Virus record (IMG/VR): IMGVR_UViG_3300024265_000033
Span: 32,001-96,000 of that record
Strand: one strand, 5' to 3'
DNA from: a virus
Length of the DNA stretch: 64,000 nucleotides
The notes beneath the pieces are model-generated. The model was not told the origin of the DNA and made no database searches. It worked only from the letters and a program-made list of their open reading frames with translations. Position 1 is the stretch's first letter; every line of letters starts with the position of its first letter. This document shows positions 27,494-37,373 of the stretch, in pieces. The position numbers and the translations under genes were made by a program.

Positions 27494-27752
27494 CAGTGTT
27501 TTCCCTTTTCTTTTGATCTTCATAGCCCGCTGCAACTCTTCTGTAATACTCGAAAGCCACACAAATCAGAGTGCCCATCACAATACAAATAGTGAGGTAC
27601 TTCTTACCGCGCATCATAGTGAAACGATCTAGCACGCTACTAATGAAGTAGTTGAGGTCCCCGGGATCGGCTCCGCCTTTCGCTAATGCAAGCTCTGCGT
27701 CCCGAATGGGTTTCTCAAATGGTTTTCTTCTTTCCTGTTTAGTGTACGGCAT
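27468..27752 (-). CDS. conserved phage hypothetical protein
   Basis: MPY..PGDLNYFIS..FEYYRRVAAGYED.K..EN.DVY motif. Confidence 0.7.
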   Translation of the reverse strand: MPYTKQERRKPFEKPIRDAELALAKGGADPGDLNYFISSVLDRFTMMRGKKYLTICIVMGTLICVAFEYYRRVAAGYEDQKKRENTDVYDKDLV

Positions 27753-27894
27753 ATCTATCTCCCTTTGCCAAAACAGCATTGATCTATGGATGTCTGCAGC
27801 CTGTCGTTTATTCCGGCATACCTTACAATCATATATTGCTGCAATGCCATGAATATCACTGCAGCAACTGCGATGGTTACTATTGATTCCTTGC

Positions 27895-28203
27895 TCATGC
27901 TGCTTTTTTCTCCTCACGTCCAGAGTCTATAATGGCGTAGGAAATCATAGAGTCCTGAAACTCGGGGTCTTTGCATACCCGTAGGAATGCGGCACCGCAT
28001 AGGACTTCTTTTGTGACGTCCTTTCGAGCTTCTACATCATAGATTTCCAGATCCAAAATGTCTACCATGAGTTCCGAGATGTCAGATAGACTTAGTTCTT
28101 TTTTGCTCAGGGTATCGTAATACCTGCCTTGCCCATGTCGTTCTATTATGTGCTCATCCATTTGCTTACGCATATATCTACCTCCTGTGTTAGATATAAT
28201 CAA
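27895..28203 (-). CDS. PhaR-like (PHB accumulation regulator N-terminal DNA-binding domain) protein
   Basis: II.R...RYYDT..K.LSLSDI.EL....D..I.D....DVT.EVL matches the PhaR N-terminal pattern. Confidence 0.6.
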   Translation of the reverse strand: MIISNTGGRYMRKQMDEHIIERHGQGRYYDTLSKKELSLSDISELMVDILDLEIYDVEARKDVTKEVLCGAAFLRVCKDPEFQDSMISYAIIDSGREEKKAA

Positions 28204-28510
28204 TTCTGGACTCTAGCGTACTCCTTGGGATCTCTATCGTCCAAAACAGTTAGTTCGTACTTACTGTTCAAAGTCTGAAAAAGAAACTTCCTGTCCTTTT
28301 CTACATAGCTGCACTCTTGAATCTCTGAAGTTGAAATCCGGCGGAAGGGTAAGCCCGGTGTCAAAGACTTTCCAAAAATAATGAAACCATAGCCCACTTC
28401 GGGAATGTGCGTACACTTGCCCTCCATCTCCTTAGTTCTGACATTATTGTGGCTAGATTCAATTTGCTCTAACTTCACATGTAGCATATCCTCTCCCTTC
28501 ATAAAATTCT

Positions 28511-29143
28511 TCATAAATACCTCCCCACTAATTTCTTATAAGTCTGACAAGTAAGTCGTTTCGTTGACCGCTTGGTGCCACAGTTATACCGGGTCCACCA
28601 ATCAGGGTCTTTCCCAAAATCTTTTCTGAAGTCTCCCAGTATCAGGGCTCCTGAATTTACAGAGTATGTCAAATCGGTCATGATTCGTTTATAGTCCATT
28701 TCATATCTTCTAGACGTTATGTAGTTGACCTGTGAGATCCCGGCGTCTGCAACAATACAAGAAGGTTTTGCACTCAACGCTGCAAAATGTCTGCCTGTTT
28801 GATTTTTTGGTATAGGTCCCCGCATAGAAAATACAGCCTCGGCTATCTTCTTGTAGGGAAGACCGCACTGAATGTTTTTGGCTTTGAGATTGTAATTGGA
28901 CTCTTGCCTTAGCATAGCAGTATAAAGGCGTGCTGGGATTTTGTACTTCCGAGCTGCTAGGTGTATCACATTGGATAAACGCATAGCGTATCGCCTGTTT
29001 ATTTTAGGGCTATTCTTTATAATCTGACAATAGATAGGATGCTTTACACACCTATTTGTCTTCGGGGGTTCCGCTGCCAGAGTCTGTAACACTGTCAGTA
29101 GGAACACTGTCAACATTATCATCGGTATCTTTAACTTCTTCAT
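28511..29143 (-). CDS. secreted lytic transglycosylase (SLT domain)
   Basis: Signal peptide; AMLRQESNYN, DAGISQVN and RYN motifs. Confidence 0.82.
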   Translation of the reverse strand: MKKLKIPMIMLTVFLLTVLQTLAAEPPKTNRCVKHPIYCQIIKNSPKINRRYAMRLSNVIHLAARKYKIPARLYTAMLRQESNYNLKAKNIQCGLPYKKIAEAVFSMRGPIPKNQTGRHFAALSAKPSCIVADAGISQVNYITSRRYEMDYKRIMTDLTYSVNSGALILGDFRKDFGKDPDWWTRYNCGTKRSTKRLTCQTYKKLVGRYL

Positions 29144-29534
29144 CTTTTTTACCGTCCTTTTTTTTGGCTGGAGATCTATTTATGATCTCCTCTGCCTTCT
29201 TCAGAGCCATATTGAATATCTCTTCCGAATATATTACTCTCACTCTAAAGGAGGGTAATACTTCTTGGAGCATATTCATTATGCCCTCGGCGATTGTTCT
29301 CTGCCTCCTGAGCAATCGTCCTAGCCACTTCAGCTTCAAATAGATTAACATTACCTTGTAGTTTGTGTCAATTAAAATATTCACGTCATTGATATATTTC
29401 GATGAGCTGTAAATATTTAGAACTAATGCATTTTTCAACTGAGGTGTGTCAAGCATCTCCATTTCAAGGAGCCATGCAGTGCCTTCCTGCAGCATTTCTT
29501 CTCTAGTTGATAGTTCTGAATTACCGTCTTTCAT
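29052..29534 (-). CDS. hypothetical protein
   Basis: 160 aa ORF with its own TTGACA-17-TATTCT promoter at about 29541-29569. Confidence 0.6.
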   Translation of the reverse strand: MKDGNSELSTREEMLQEGTAWLLEMEMLDTPQLKNALVLNIYSSSKYINDVNILIDTNYKVMLIYLKLKWLGRLLRRQRTIAEGIMNMLQEVLPSFRVRVIYSEEIFNMALKKAEEIINRSPAKKKDGKKDEEVKDTDDNVDSVPTDSVTDSGSGTPEDK

Positions 29535-29554
29535 GGTTGTAGAATACCTCCTTT

Positions 29555-30154
29555 TTAGTCAAATGTCAAGTGGAAGTGAATAATGGCATGGCCTAATCCT
29601 ATGGCATCGCAGACATCCGAGTCAGATTTATTCTTATCCACATCAAATGCGGTGTGGTAGGCCTTGTTGACGTACCGACATGCCAAATGTTTCTTAGTGA
29701 TTATAGGGAGCTGCCTAGCCCCTTTAGGGAGCTTCTTATTCCAAGCCCTGCGGGTCTTATTGAGCCTCTTATCGTCCTCTGAGAGTCTCAGGTTGAGGTC
29801 TGTACGCCATCCTACAGGCCCGTCAGAGTCCTTGTAGATGACTGTGTCTATCTTGTCCTCAATGCGGTCTAAGAGGATGAAATGAAGGCCGTCTAGAGTC
29901 TTCTGTGAGATCCTGTTCTTGCCTAAGTTGACCTCTTCTATAATGATCCGCTCGGGCTTGTGTGTGTCAATTAAGTCGCGGCACTGTCTCGCCATATCTC
30001 TGAGACGGTATAGTTTCTTCCTGAGCTTTCCCAATTTGGTCTGCCCTTTGGTATTTGGTTTGATAACTCCATAATTCATGAGAGGTTTTTCTCTGGCAGG
30101 ATCAAACAGAGCCCAGCCTGTACTTGTGGAGCTGAGATCGAATACCAAAAGCAT
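29555..30154 (-). CDS. RuvC-like Holliday junction resolvase
   Basis: LVFDLSSTSTGWA, IIIEE and DVCDAIGLG motifs. Confidence 0.85.
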   Translation of the reverse strand: MLLVFDLSSTSTGWALFDPAREKPLMNYGVIKPNTKGQTKLGKLRKKLYRLRDMARQCRDLIDTHKPERIIIEEVNLGKNRISQKTLDGLHFILLDRIEDKIDTVIYKDSDGPVGWRTDLNLRLSEDDKRLNKTRRAWNKKLPKGARQLPIITKKHLACRYVNKAYHTAFDVDKNKSDSDVCDAIGLGHAIIHFHLTFD

Positions 30155-30948
30155 CAGTCGTAGCCTCGCTCTTCTTTGACAGTCCAATCCTCTTCGTAAG
30201 TTGCATCCTTCCAATCATCAAATATCCAAGTGTCGTACACGTCTACGTTCCGTTGTCGGTAGACTGTCATTTCCGGATATTGAATAGCACTCAAAAACCC
30301 ATGACCTTGGCCCCTACAAAAAGCTCCTGTATCTACATTAGCGTAAAAGCTTCTGATTCTAGGTGTCAGAGGTTGAGGGGTGTGTCCGTGAATATTATAG
30401 ATGTCTGGATTGTCCTTCAACTTACTAGGTCTGCCCCAAACAATGTGTTCTTCAAAATGATTTGCTTGATTTTTTCTCCGCTCTTCGTCCCAACGCCATA
30501 CATTGCCTATGAACGAGTGAGAAATGACAAGCTTCCTGCCAAGCGTATTCGTGCAGTCTGGGTATTCGATAAACAAGGGAAGTGTTTCGAACCAATCCAT
30601 ATGATCTTTCATGTCAACTTCTACTTTGTCCCTATTATCGTCATAAGTCTTTCTGGTATCAGGACCATAGGACATGAAATAACTGTGAACTGTCGCATCT
30701 CCTCCGTTTCCGCCCCATATGCTACTGTAGCGAGGGAAAGGACCTTCGTCCATCATCATGATTTCGTGATTTCCTTTGACACAATCGTAGCCTCCGGCTT
30801 TAACGAAATCTACCACTTGTTTGGACTTTGGACCTCTGTCAATAAGATCTCCCACAAATGATACTGGTACGTCTTTCGGGAACTGCTTCATGAGTTCCAT
30901 CAAGGTATCAAAACATCCGTGAACATCCCCAATTACAATACGGCTCAT
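30154..30948 (-). CDS. PPP-family Ser/Thr protein phosphatase / metallophosphoesterase
   Basis: GDVHG, GDLIDRG, GNHE, HGHTP and VDTGA motifs. Confidence 0.92.
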   Translation of the reverse strand: MSRIVIGDVHGCFDTLMELMKQFPKDVPVSFVGDLIDRGPKSKQVVDFVKAGGYDCVKGNHEIMMMDEGPFPRYSSIWGGNGGDATVHSYFMSYGPDTRKTYDDNRDKVEVDMKDHMDWFETLPLFIEYPDCTNTLGRKLVISHSFIGNVWRWDEERRKNQANHFEEHIVWGRPSKLKDNPDIYNIHGHTPQPLTPRIRSFYANVDTGAFCRGQGHGFLSAIQYPEMTVYRQRNVDVYDTWIFDDWKDATYEEDWTVKEERGYD

Positions 30949-31523
30949 GAGTTCTCCTTGATTATCTTCAAGATAGTGGTATGCGGGATGGGTTTCAAAT
31001 CCCACGCATCAACTCCTACATGAATCATGCGGCCTTTTCTCTTCTTTCTAGCATGAGTATGGCCGTGTAACAACCATTCCCCTTGATCCATGATTCTCTT
31101 GTGCATATACCGAGTGTCCCAATATCCTCCAAGGAATTTGTGCTTTAGCCACATACGAAACGTGGGCTGATAGGGAAAATGGCTTAGGAATATCTTGTAA
31201 CGATCCTCCCCGTCATTGAGGTAAATGAAAATATTCTCATGCACTTCGTCAAATCCTGCCTCAAGCATCCATTTGGCGTGTTTGTCGTGGTTTCCCTTGA
31301 TTAAAATCTTACGTCCGTTCAGACGCTTTAGGGTCTGAGTTGTGAGTTCTTTCCCCGCAAATGCGAAGTCCCCTATTACATAAATTGTGTCTCTTTTTTT
31401 AACCCTATCATTCCAATTCTTAATCATGATCTCGTTCATTTCTGATACACTCTTGGCCCTCTTCGGACAAAAGTGTAAGATCTTTTTGTGATGAAAGTGG
31501 TTATCGCTTGTAAACCATATCAA
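30945..31523 (-). CDS. calcineurin-like phosphoesterase
   Basis: TSDNHF, IGD, GNHD, SHFP, HGHTH and HVGVD motifs. Confidence 0.9.
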   Translation of the reverse strand: MIWFTSDNHFHHKKILHFCPKRAKSVSEMNEIMIKNWNDRVKKRDTIYVIGDFAFAGKELTTQTLKRLNGRKILIKGNHDKHAKWMLEAGFDEVHENIFIYLNDGEDRYKIFLSHFPYQPTFRMWLKHKFLGGYWDTRYMHKRIMDQGEWLLHGHTHARKKRKGRMIHVGVDAWDLKPIPHTTILKIIKENS

Positions 31524-31534
31524 AATATACTCCT

Positions 31535-31891
31535 TTATAAATCATCTATCTTCTTACGTTTGTTGCCTTTCGCGTCAATCCATTTATTGCGCAAGGCTTC
31601 TTTCTTATCATTAGTCTGTATTAAATCTTCCATTTCCACATCCCTAGCGTGGTTTCGTGATCGTGCTTTCAATACGGCATTCTGGCCCTTCTCTACCGAC
31701 CTACCCTTCTCTTTGGCTGTGGGATCTCTAGGCTCCAGAAACTTGGTATCCGGAGCTACCAAAATCTTTTTCATTACTGTTAGGGGATGTGGCATACCCT
31801 CTTCGTCTTGATTGTGATTACACTTAGGCTCCTTCTTAAAAGAGTCCCTCTCGTATCCACATAATTCACATCTATATCTTTGTAACGGCAT
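31535..31891 (-). CDS. FmdB-like Zn-ribbon protein
   Basis: MP...YRCELCG N-terminus. Confidence 0.6.
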   Translation of the reverse strand: MPLQRYRCELCGYERDSFKKEPKCNHNQDEEGMPHPLTVMKKILVAPDTKFLEPRDPTAKEKGRSVEKGQNAVLKARSRNHARDVEMEDLIQTNDKKEALRNKWIDAKGNKRKKIDDL

Positions 31892-33795
31892 TAAGCGGCC
31901 TCCTTGGATACCCCGTCGATTAACTCAACTTTGAAAGTATTGTCAACAATCGATTTGAATATCGAGTTGTGCTCAATCAATATTGTACACCCTTGGAGTG
32001 TTTCAATCAAGCGTAAAGCCTTTTCCATGCTAGATTCACTGAGATCTTTGAAATACTCGTCAAAAATCCTCAGGTTCATGGGGCTATCCCCTCTTGCTGA
32101 AACTATTTCGGATAGTGCTAGATCAACCGCGAGTTGTATTCTTCTAAATTGGCCGCCCGAGTATAGCCCAAGAGGACGCTTGTGCCCGTCAATTGTGACT
32201 TCGACCTTGATTTTAGAAACTTCTCCGGAACCTGATAGGTTTGAGAAATCAATTTTAATAGGTAGTTCAAATAGTTCTGATAAGAATCTGTTTGATTTAC
32301 GGGTAAGTTCGGAAAGTAGTCCTTGGAATACATATTGCTTTACCTCCTTGAACCCATCTTTCAGGGCCAATAGTCTGTTACCGTGGTCTGTTAGAACCTT
32401 TAGGTTTTCTCTGAGCGTCTTGGTTTCTTTCTGAGTCTTGGTTAGAGCGGTCTTGATTTCCTTGAGCTTCTTGTCAAAATGCGCTCCATCCCGAGCCTCT
32501 TCTTTTTCAATCATAGTGAAGATGCGGTCTTGCTCATCATTTTTACTAATCAGTTCTTTCTCCACTAGAGAGATCTTTTTGAGCTGAGTCTCAACCTCCG
32601 AGAGTGCGTACTCTTCTCGCTTTAACATAGTCTTGATAGAAGAGATTCCTTCTTGTAGCTCACTCGTGGTAGGTATTTCCATGCCCTCCAACTCTTTTAG
32701 TAGGCCCTCTCGCTCTTGTGCGAATTCCTGCTTTTCATGTTGCTGTTCTTCTATAGCCACTTTGAAGTGGGATTTATCAATCTTTTCGAGTACGGTGCCA
32801 CATGTCGGGCAGGCTTTGTCCTTGGGATTCTTGAGGTCTTTTATCTTATTGACGGCCTTGAGCATCTGGCCTTCGAGCTTTTGTACTTGAAACTCCAGCC
32901 GCTTTACACTGAGCTTCTTAGACTCTAAGCCTCTGAGTTCTTCTTTGAATCTGGCTTTTTCTTCTATAAGTTCTCTTATGCCCTTATTTATGCGGTCACG
33001 CTCTACCAGACATTCCTCTTCTGTGAACTCGGCGTGAGTCTTGAGGAGTTGTTTTACCTGATTCCCTATGGTATCCGAAGAATCCCGGAGTTCCGCTATC
33101 TTTTCCTGCTTTTCCCGGTTAAAGACAGATTTGAGTTGCTCTATATTGCTCAATTCCGACTCATATCGCTCTTCTACGGATCTCTGACGCTCCAAGTCTT
33201 TCTTTATAGCCATGAGATCTAAGTCATTCTCTTTAATCTCAGCCAGTGTTTTCTTTCTGGCTCTGTCAAATATCATGAGGTCTTGGATCTCGGAGAGGAT
33301 CTTACCCTTTTGATCCTCTGTGGCTGTTACAAATTTGTTAGGGTAGTTTTGGGCAAAGTACACGGACTGACAAAAGGTTTCAAAGCTCATGCCGATGTAC
33401 TCTTCAATCATCTTTTGAGTCTCTTTGGCATCCTTACCCTTTTCAGTGGTAGATCCCTTCCGCCATGTGAAATGCATCCCTAGTTCATTTGGCTTACGAG
33501 TCCTGAATATGTACGTCTCGTCATCTTTACTGTCCTCGTTGAAATATACCTCAACTGAACAAGATTTTTGCCCCTCTCGAATCACATCGTCTACATTGGC
33601 GTCTTTGGGAATCTTGCCGAACAGGCCCCAACATAGCGCATTTAGAATAGCTGATTTGCCCGATCCTTCGGGGGTATTGTCGTCATAATTAAAACCGTCA
33701 ACTAGCGTAGTGCCTTCTGGAAAGTTAAATTCTAGATACTCCCAACTCAGAAAGTTCTTAACTATAATCTTACTGGGCGTCTTATCGGATGTCAT
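31891..33795 (-). CDS. SbcC/Rad50/gp46-like ATPase
   Basis: NFLS, GSGKS, Zn-hook CPTC, signature YSGGQ and Walker B IFDE, with long coiled coil. Confidence 0.93.
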   Translation of the reverse strand: MTSDKTPSKIIVKNFLSWEYLEFNFPEGTTLVDGFNYDDNTPEGSGKSAILNALCWGLFGKIPKDANVDDVIREGQKSCSVEVYFNEDSKDDETYIFRTRKPNELGMHFTWRKGSTTEKGKDAKETQKMIEEYIGMSFETFCQSVYFAQNYPNKFVTATEDQKGKILSEIQDLMIFDRARKKTLAEIKENDLDLMAIKKDLERQRSVEERYESELSNIEQLKSVFNREKQEKIAELRDSSDTIGNQVKQLLKTHAEFTEEECLVERDRINKGIRELIEEKARFKEELRGLESKKLSVKRLEFQVQKLEGQMLKAVNKIKDLKNPKDKACPTCGTVLEKIDKSHFKVAIEEQQHEKQEFAQEREGLLKELEGMEIPTTSELQEGISSIKTMLKREEYALSEVETQLKKISLVEKELISKNDEQDRIFTMIEKEEARDGAHFDKKLKEIKTALTKTQKETKTLRENLKVLTDHGNRLLALKDGFKEVKQYVFQGLLSELTRKSNRFLSELFELPIKIDFSNLSGSGEVSKIKVEVTIDGHKRPLGLYSGGQFRRIQLAVDLALSEIVSARGDSPMNLRIFDEYFKDLSESSMEKALRLIETLQGCTILIEHNSIFKSIVDNTFKVELIDGVSKEAA

Positions 33796-34727
33796 ACAAC
33801 GTCATCCATTATCCTAAGTCCCAACTTTAGAGTCTCTTTATCTAGATTTTTGACATCCTTAGCCCATGTACTAAACTTCTCGTGGTTAGAGGCAGTCTCT
33901 GAGATGGCAGCACTTCCGTACTCTTCCTCATCAGGACGTTCTATAAATTTTACTCCCGGGAATTTGGACTTATCCACACTTGCAATCGCTTCCGGCGTGC
34001 CTGTGAGGATTACCCGGTAATGATTATTAGATCTGGGTGCGAAGCCTTTAGTGGCTTCTACTTCTACTGTGACGTGTCTGGGAAATGGTGTGGGAATGGT
34101 TGTGAGTTTTTGGGTTTTAGTATCGTAAGTGCCTATATATTTGTCCTGATCCGTCTCTCCAAAGCTATGTGAAAAGGGAGTGCCTAAGTATGTCAGATTT
34201 TTGTAATGTTGAAACATATGAAAGTGACCGGAAATAATAGGGATGCTGTCTGGTAGATCTGATTGATCGATCCCGTTTTCTTCCACAAAGCCATTGCCGA
34301 AATCAAAGTCGTTGACGCCCTGATGAATAAATACGGCTGAACAAGTTTTCTCTAGGATCTTCAGCTCTTCTCGGAACTGTTTAAGATCGCTCAAGAAAGG
34401 CATGAATCCTAGGCCATCTTCGCTTTCCCAAGCCTCGTCAACAACCTGTACGTTTTTAAGCTCCTGTAAAGGTCTGAGTGCGTGATCGTTACACTCAAGG
34501 TTGTGCCAATCGTGGTTCCCTACCAATACAATATGCTCTAATTCAGAGTCTTTGAAGTAGTCAAACCAAAGATTGAAACACTTTGATCTGACTACTTCTT
34601 TTGTGTCTAACATATCTCCGAGCCAAATGACAGGATTTGCTAGATCCTCGACCATAGCCATAAGGGTTATGATCTGATCGATATTGCTCGGTTTTGCATG
34701 GGGGTCGCCTACTACCGTATAATTCAT
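33792..34727 (-). CDS. SbcD/Mre11/gp47-like nuclease
   Basis: GDPH, LGD, GNHD, SGHFH and YLGTP motifs; adjacent to SbcC. Confidence 0.9.
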   Translation of the reverse strand: MNYTVVGDPHAKPSNIDQIITLMAMVEDLANPVIWLGDMLDTKEVVRSKCFNLWFDYFKDSELEHIVLVGNHDWHNLECNDHALRPLQELKNVQVVDEAWESEDGLGFMPFLSDLKQFREELKILEKTCSAVFIHQGVNDFDFGNGFVEENGIDQSDLPDSIPIISGHFHMFQHYKNLTYLGTPFSHSFGETDQDKYIGTYDTKTQKLTTIPTPFPRHVTVEVEATKGFAPRSNNHYRVILTGTPEAIASVDKSKFPGVKFIERPDEEEYGSAAISETASNHEKFSTWAKDVKNLDKETLKLGLRIMDDVV

Positions 34728-35587
34728 TCCTTAAATTCCATTCCCTTGGCCGTAATGTCAATCACTGTCGTTTTTGCCAGCCCGGTGGAATCTTCTACTA
34801 AATGGTTCTTATATAAAGTCCATTGAACTCTAGCTCCGATCCGTTTCTTCTTACCGCCTACTGTAGTTTCTATCCAAGCTTTACGAGAAGTCTGATAGGT
34901 TAGACTTGAGAAGAAATCTACTGCATTTCCGCCAGCATTTGATTTGCCGGGAGAGCCTAAGTTGTTGTAAGTTTGATTGATGACCAAGATGTGAACTTTG
35001 TCCTTCAATAATTTAGGGACAATCCTACGAAAGCCTCGCTTATTGATCTTAGCTGCGAGTCCTAACTGGAGGGTATCGTCCACTTCAGATTCTACCTCTT
35101 TGATGGACGGAGTGTTGCCCAGCGAGTCAAAGATAACGAGGATTTTACCATCCGGGTCCGCATCTTTAATGGCGTTCCACCAATGGTCTATGCCATCATA
35201 AGCTTCTTCTAAATATTCTGGCTGAACCCGAGCCACATCGTCAGGATTCACTCCCCAAGATTCAAGTCGTGCTCGCGTGGTCTTCTTCTCTGTGTCTACT
35301 AGAATAACGTAGACGCCCTGTTCTAAGGCGCATCTCATAGCTTCGATTGTGGCTGAGGTCTTTCCCGAGTCTGTGTTGCCCGCGATCATGTGGACATACC
35401 CGAAGGGTAGGCCCTTAGTGCTCGCCATCTTTTGCCACCATTCCGGCATGATTACGAAATCGGAGTCTTCTGTAGGCGTAGTGAGTTCCGCGCCAGTTGA
35501 GATAGTTTTAGCCTTTTCCGCATCCTTAAAGGTCTTGCGGATCTTATCTGCCAAAGCTCCCATGCTGATTTTTTTCTTCTCGCTCAT
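34724..35587 (-). CDS. RecA/UvsX-like recombinase
   Basis: GLPFG..AGNTDSGKT, VDTE, IFDSL, INQ and AGGNA motifs. Confidence 0.9.
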   Translation of the reverse strand: MSEKKKISMGALADKIRKTFKDAEKAKTISTGAELTTPTEDSDFVIMPEWWQKMASTKGLPFGYVHMIAGNTDSGKTSATIEAMRCALEQGVYVILVDTEKKTTRARLESWGVNPDDVARVQPEYLEEAYDGIDHWWNAIKDADPDGKILVIFDSLGNTPSIKEVESEVDDTLQLGLAAKINKRGFRRIVPKLLKDKVHILVINQTYNNLGSPGKSNAGGNAVDFFSSLTYQTSRKAWIETTVGGKKKRIGARVQWTLYKNHLVEDSTGLAKTTVIDITAKGMEFKE

Positions 35588-35791
35588 TCTTCTACCTCAA
35601 TATCTAAATCGCTTAATATGTCATCCACAATCTTATTTGCACTTTTCTTATATATTCTATGAATTTCCAAGCTATTAAAGCCTTTAGTGCAGTCAAAACC
35701 AAAATCCTTCAGGAGAGTTTCAAATCCTACCTCTGCTCTGGCGTACAATCCATTGTAATCACTTATGCTGATTTTTTTCTTCTCGCTCATT
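35562..35791. repeat. 27-bp direct repeat flanking a small gene (duplicated recA start)
   Basis: atgctgatttttttcttctcgctcatt at 35562-35588 and 35765-35791. Confidence 0.88.
35584..35790 (-). CDS. hypothetical protein sharing N-terminal MSEKKKIS with RecA-like gene
   Basis: 68 aa ORF with SD GAGG. Confidence 0.6.
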   Translation of the reverse strand: MSEKKKISISDYNGLYARAEVGFETLLKDFGFDCTKGFNSLEIHRIYKKSANKIVDDILSDLDIEVEE

Positions 35792-35964
35792 TAGCCTCTC
35801 CTATTTCAGTAACTCTTGTGCTTCTCTAAATAATAAAAGAAGCTTAAACTAAGTATTCCAAAAATAATACCAGTAAATGTGAAGCCGCTGGCAAATGCTA
35901 CCATAGTTAAGGGTATAGTGCCGCAAATCAGTCCGCCACTTAGGGGGTATAGCCAATCCTTCAC

Positions 35965-36369
35965 TTAATCTCCTTTTGAAATCTGCCTATAAAATATATG
36001 AGCGTTCTCGAAGATCTTCAGATTGGCTTTGAGGAAATCAATGCGAGCACCTGACAGCTCTAGAGCTTCCCTAGCTTCTCTATAATCTTTCATAGCTTTC
36101 GCGTTCATTTTCTTTTCTGTAACTGTCTTACCCGGAGCTTCGTTAACACAATCCGCTTCCACTACGTCAATCAGAGTCTGAAACCCGATCTTTTGCTCAT
36201 CAAGGGAGAGCTTGACTGTCAATATGTTATGGCTAAGAGCTAGGAATTTAGGTGCGAGTTCTTCTGCTTCATGAATCTTCACATTCTTTGAAGGAAGCAT
36301 CTCGATATGTTCGCTGATTAGTTTTTGAATGTCTTGGAAATCCATTTTCATCCTCCCGGGTAATAACAA
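35965..36369 (-). CDS. UvsY-like recombination mediator (putative)
   Basis: All-helical, KTVTEKK..A...Y pattern; near recA/uvsX. Confidence 0.55.
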   Translation of the reverse strand: MLLPGRMKMDFQDIQKLISEHIEMLPSKNVKIHEAEELAPKFLALSHNILTVKLSLDEQKIGFQTLIDVVEADCVNEAPGKTVTEKKMNAKAMKDYREAREALELSGARIDFLKANLKIFENAHIFYRQISKGD

Positions 36370-36398
36370 TAGTACCTCCTTTGCCGCGTAAAGTCAAT

Positions 36399-37373
36399 CT
36401 AAAAACTCAAGTTGACATTAAAGAAGTAATTTACTCCACTTTTAGTCCAACCCATTCCCGGCCCAATATAAGTATTGGTTAGGATCGAGGGGAAAGGTCT
36501 ATATGAAAAAGGCATAAGGTGTAGTCCGGGTTCCGCGAAATCCGTATCTACATCAAATCCTAGATGTACAAACTTCCAAGTCAAATCATTTCTTGATTTA
36601 CCGTATCCGCTTGTACTAAAATTTATGGCGGGCCTCATGAAGGCTCCACTTATATTGGCTCCGACATTGAACCCGCCATTAATATGAGGTGCCCAAAGTA
36701 GGAACCGCTCACGCACATCCGGTCGTGTCGGATCTATGTAAGCTACCCCGTCTACAATAGGCAACGGATATGGTACATCTTTCCACTTTTTCAAGTCGGG
36801 TCGCCTCTTCTTAGCCAGTCCGTTTTCCTTGGCTATAAAATAGGCTTTAGAATATACCTTTACCCTTCCCGTTTTCTCATCAATAGTCTGTAGATTTTTG
36901 ACGTGAATCTCAAATTCATAGTTTCTCTTATATGTTCGGCCATCGTGCTTGATAAGGATGTATCCAATGGGAGGGCTGTCTTCTCCCGCAATCCGTAGCT
37001 CGTTGAGTACATAATTTCGGGTACCTCTTTTTGTTTGGAAATAGTAGTCCGGTCCATCTTGCTTTTGGACATGTTTTCCAATGAGATACGTTGCGTCGGA
37101 TAATAGCTTGATGCGCTCATCTTTGGATCTAGACACTTCAGCCCAATCCCGCTTAGCTCGCTTGTGTAAATCTTTTTGTCCTTGATAATCTGATTCAAGC
37201 TTTGCAGTATATTTGGTGAGTTGCTCATATTTTTCCTTCGTCCCTATTAAATCTGCGTACTTACGCTTTTCTGTGGCATCTCTGTATGCTGAATATGCGA
37301 AAAAGCCTATACCAAGGACTGTGGCCATGACGAGAAGTTGTCCTATGTATTTTTCGAATATCTTTTTTATCAT
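36399..37373 (-). CDS. membrane-anchored protein (N-terminal TMD, coiled coil, C-terminal beta strands)
   Basis: LLVMATVLGIGFFAY TMD; ends YFFNVNLSF. Confidence 0.6.
   Translation of the reverse strand: MIKKIFEKYIGQLLVMATVLGIGFFAYSAYRDATEKRKYADLIGTKEKYEQLTKYTAKLESDYQGQKDLHKRAKRDWAEVSRSKDERIKLLSDATYLIGKHVQKQDGPDYYFQTKRGTRNYVLNELRIAGEDSPPIGYILIKHDGRTYKRNYEFEIHVKNLQTIDEKTGRVKVYSKAYFIAKENGLAKKRRPDLKKWKDVPYPLPIVDGVAYIDPTRPDVRERFLLWAPHINGGFNVGANISGAFMRPAINFSTSGYGKSRNDLTWKFVHLGFDVDTDFAEPGLHLMPFSYRPFPSILTNTYIGPGMGWTKSGVNYFFNVNLSF

Noticed and set aside
30253-30861. Long antisense ORFs (for example 202 aa here, 12846-13436, 31904-32434, 48222-48791)
   Set aside because: These are shadow ORFs opposite well-supported genes.
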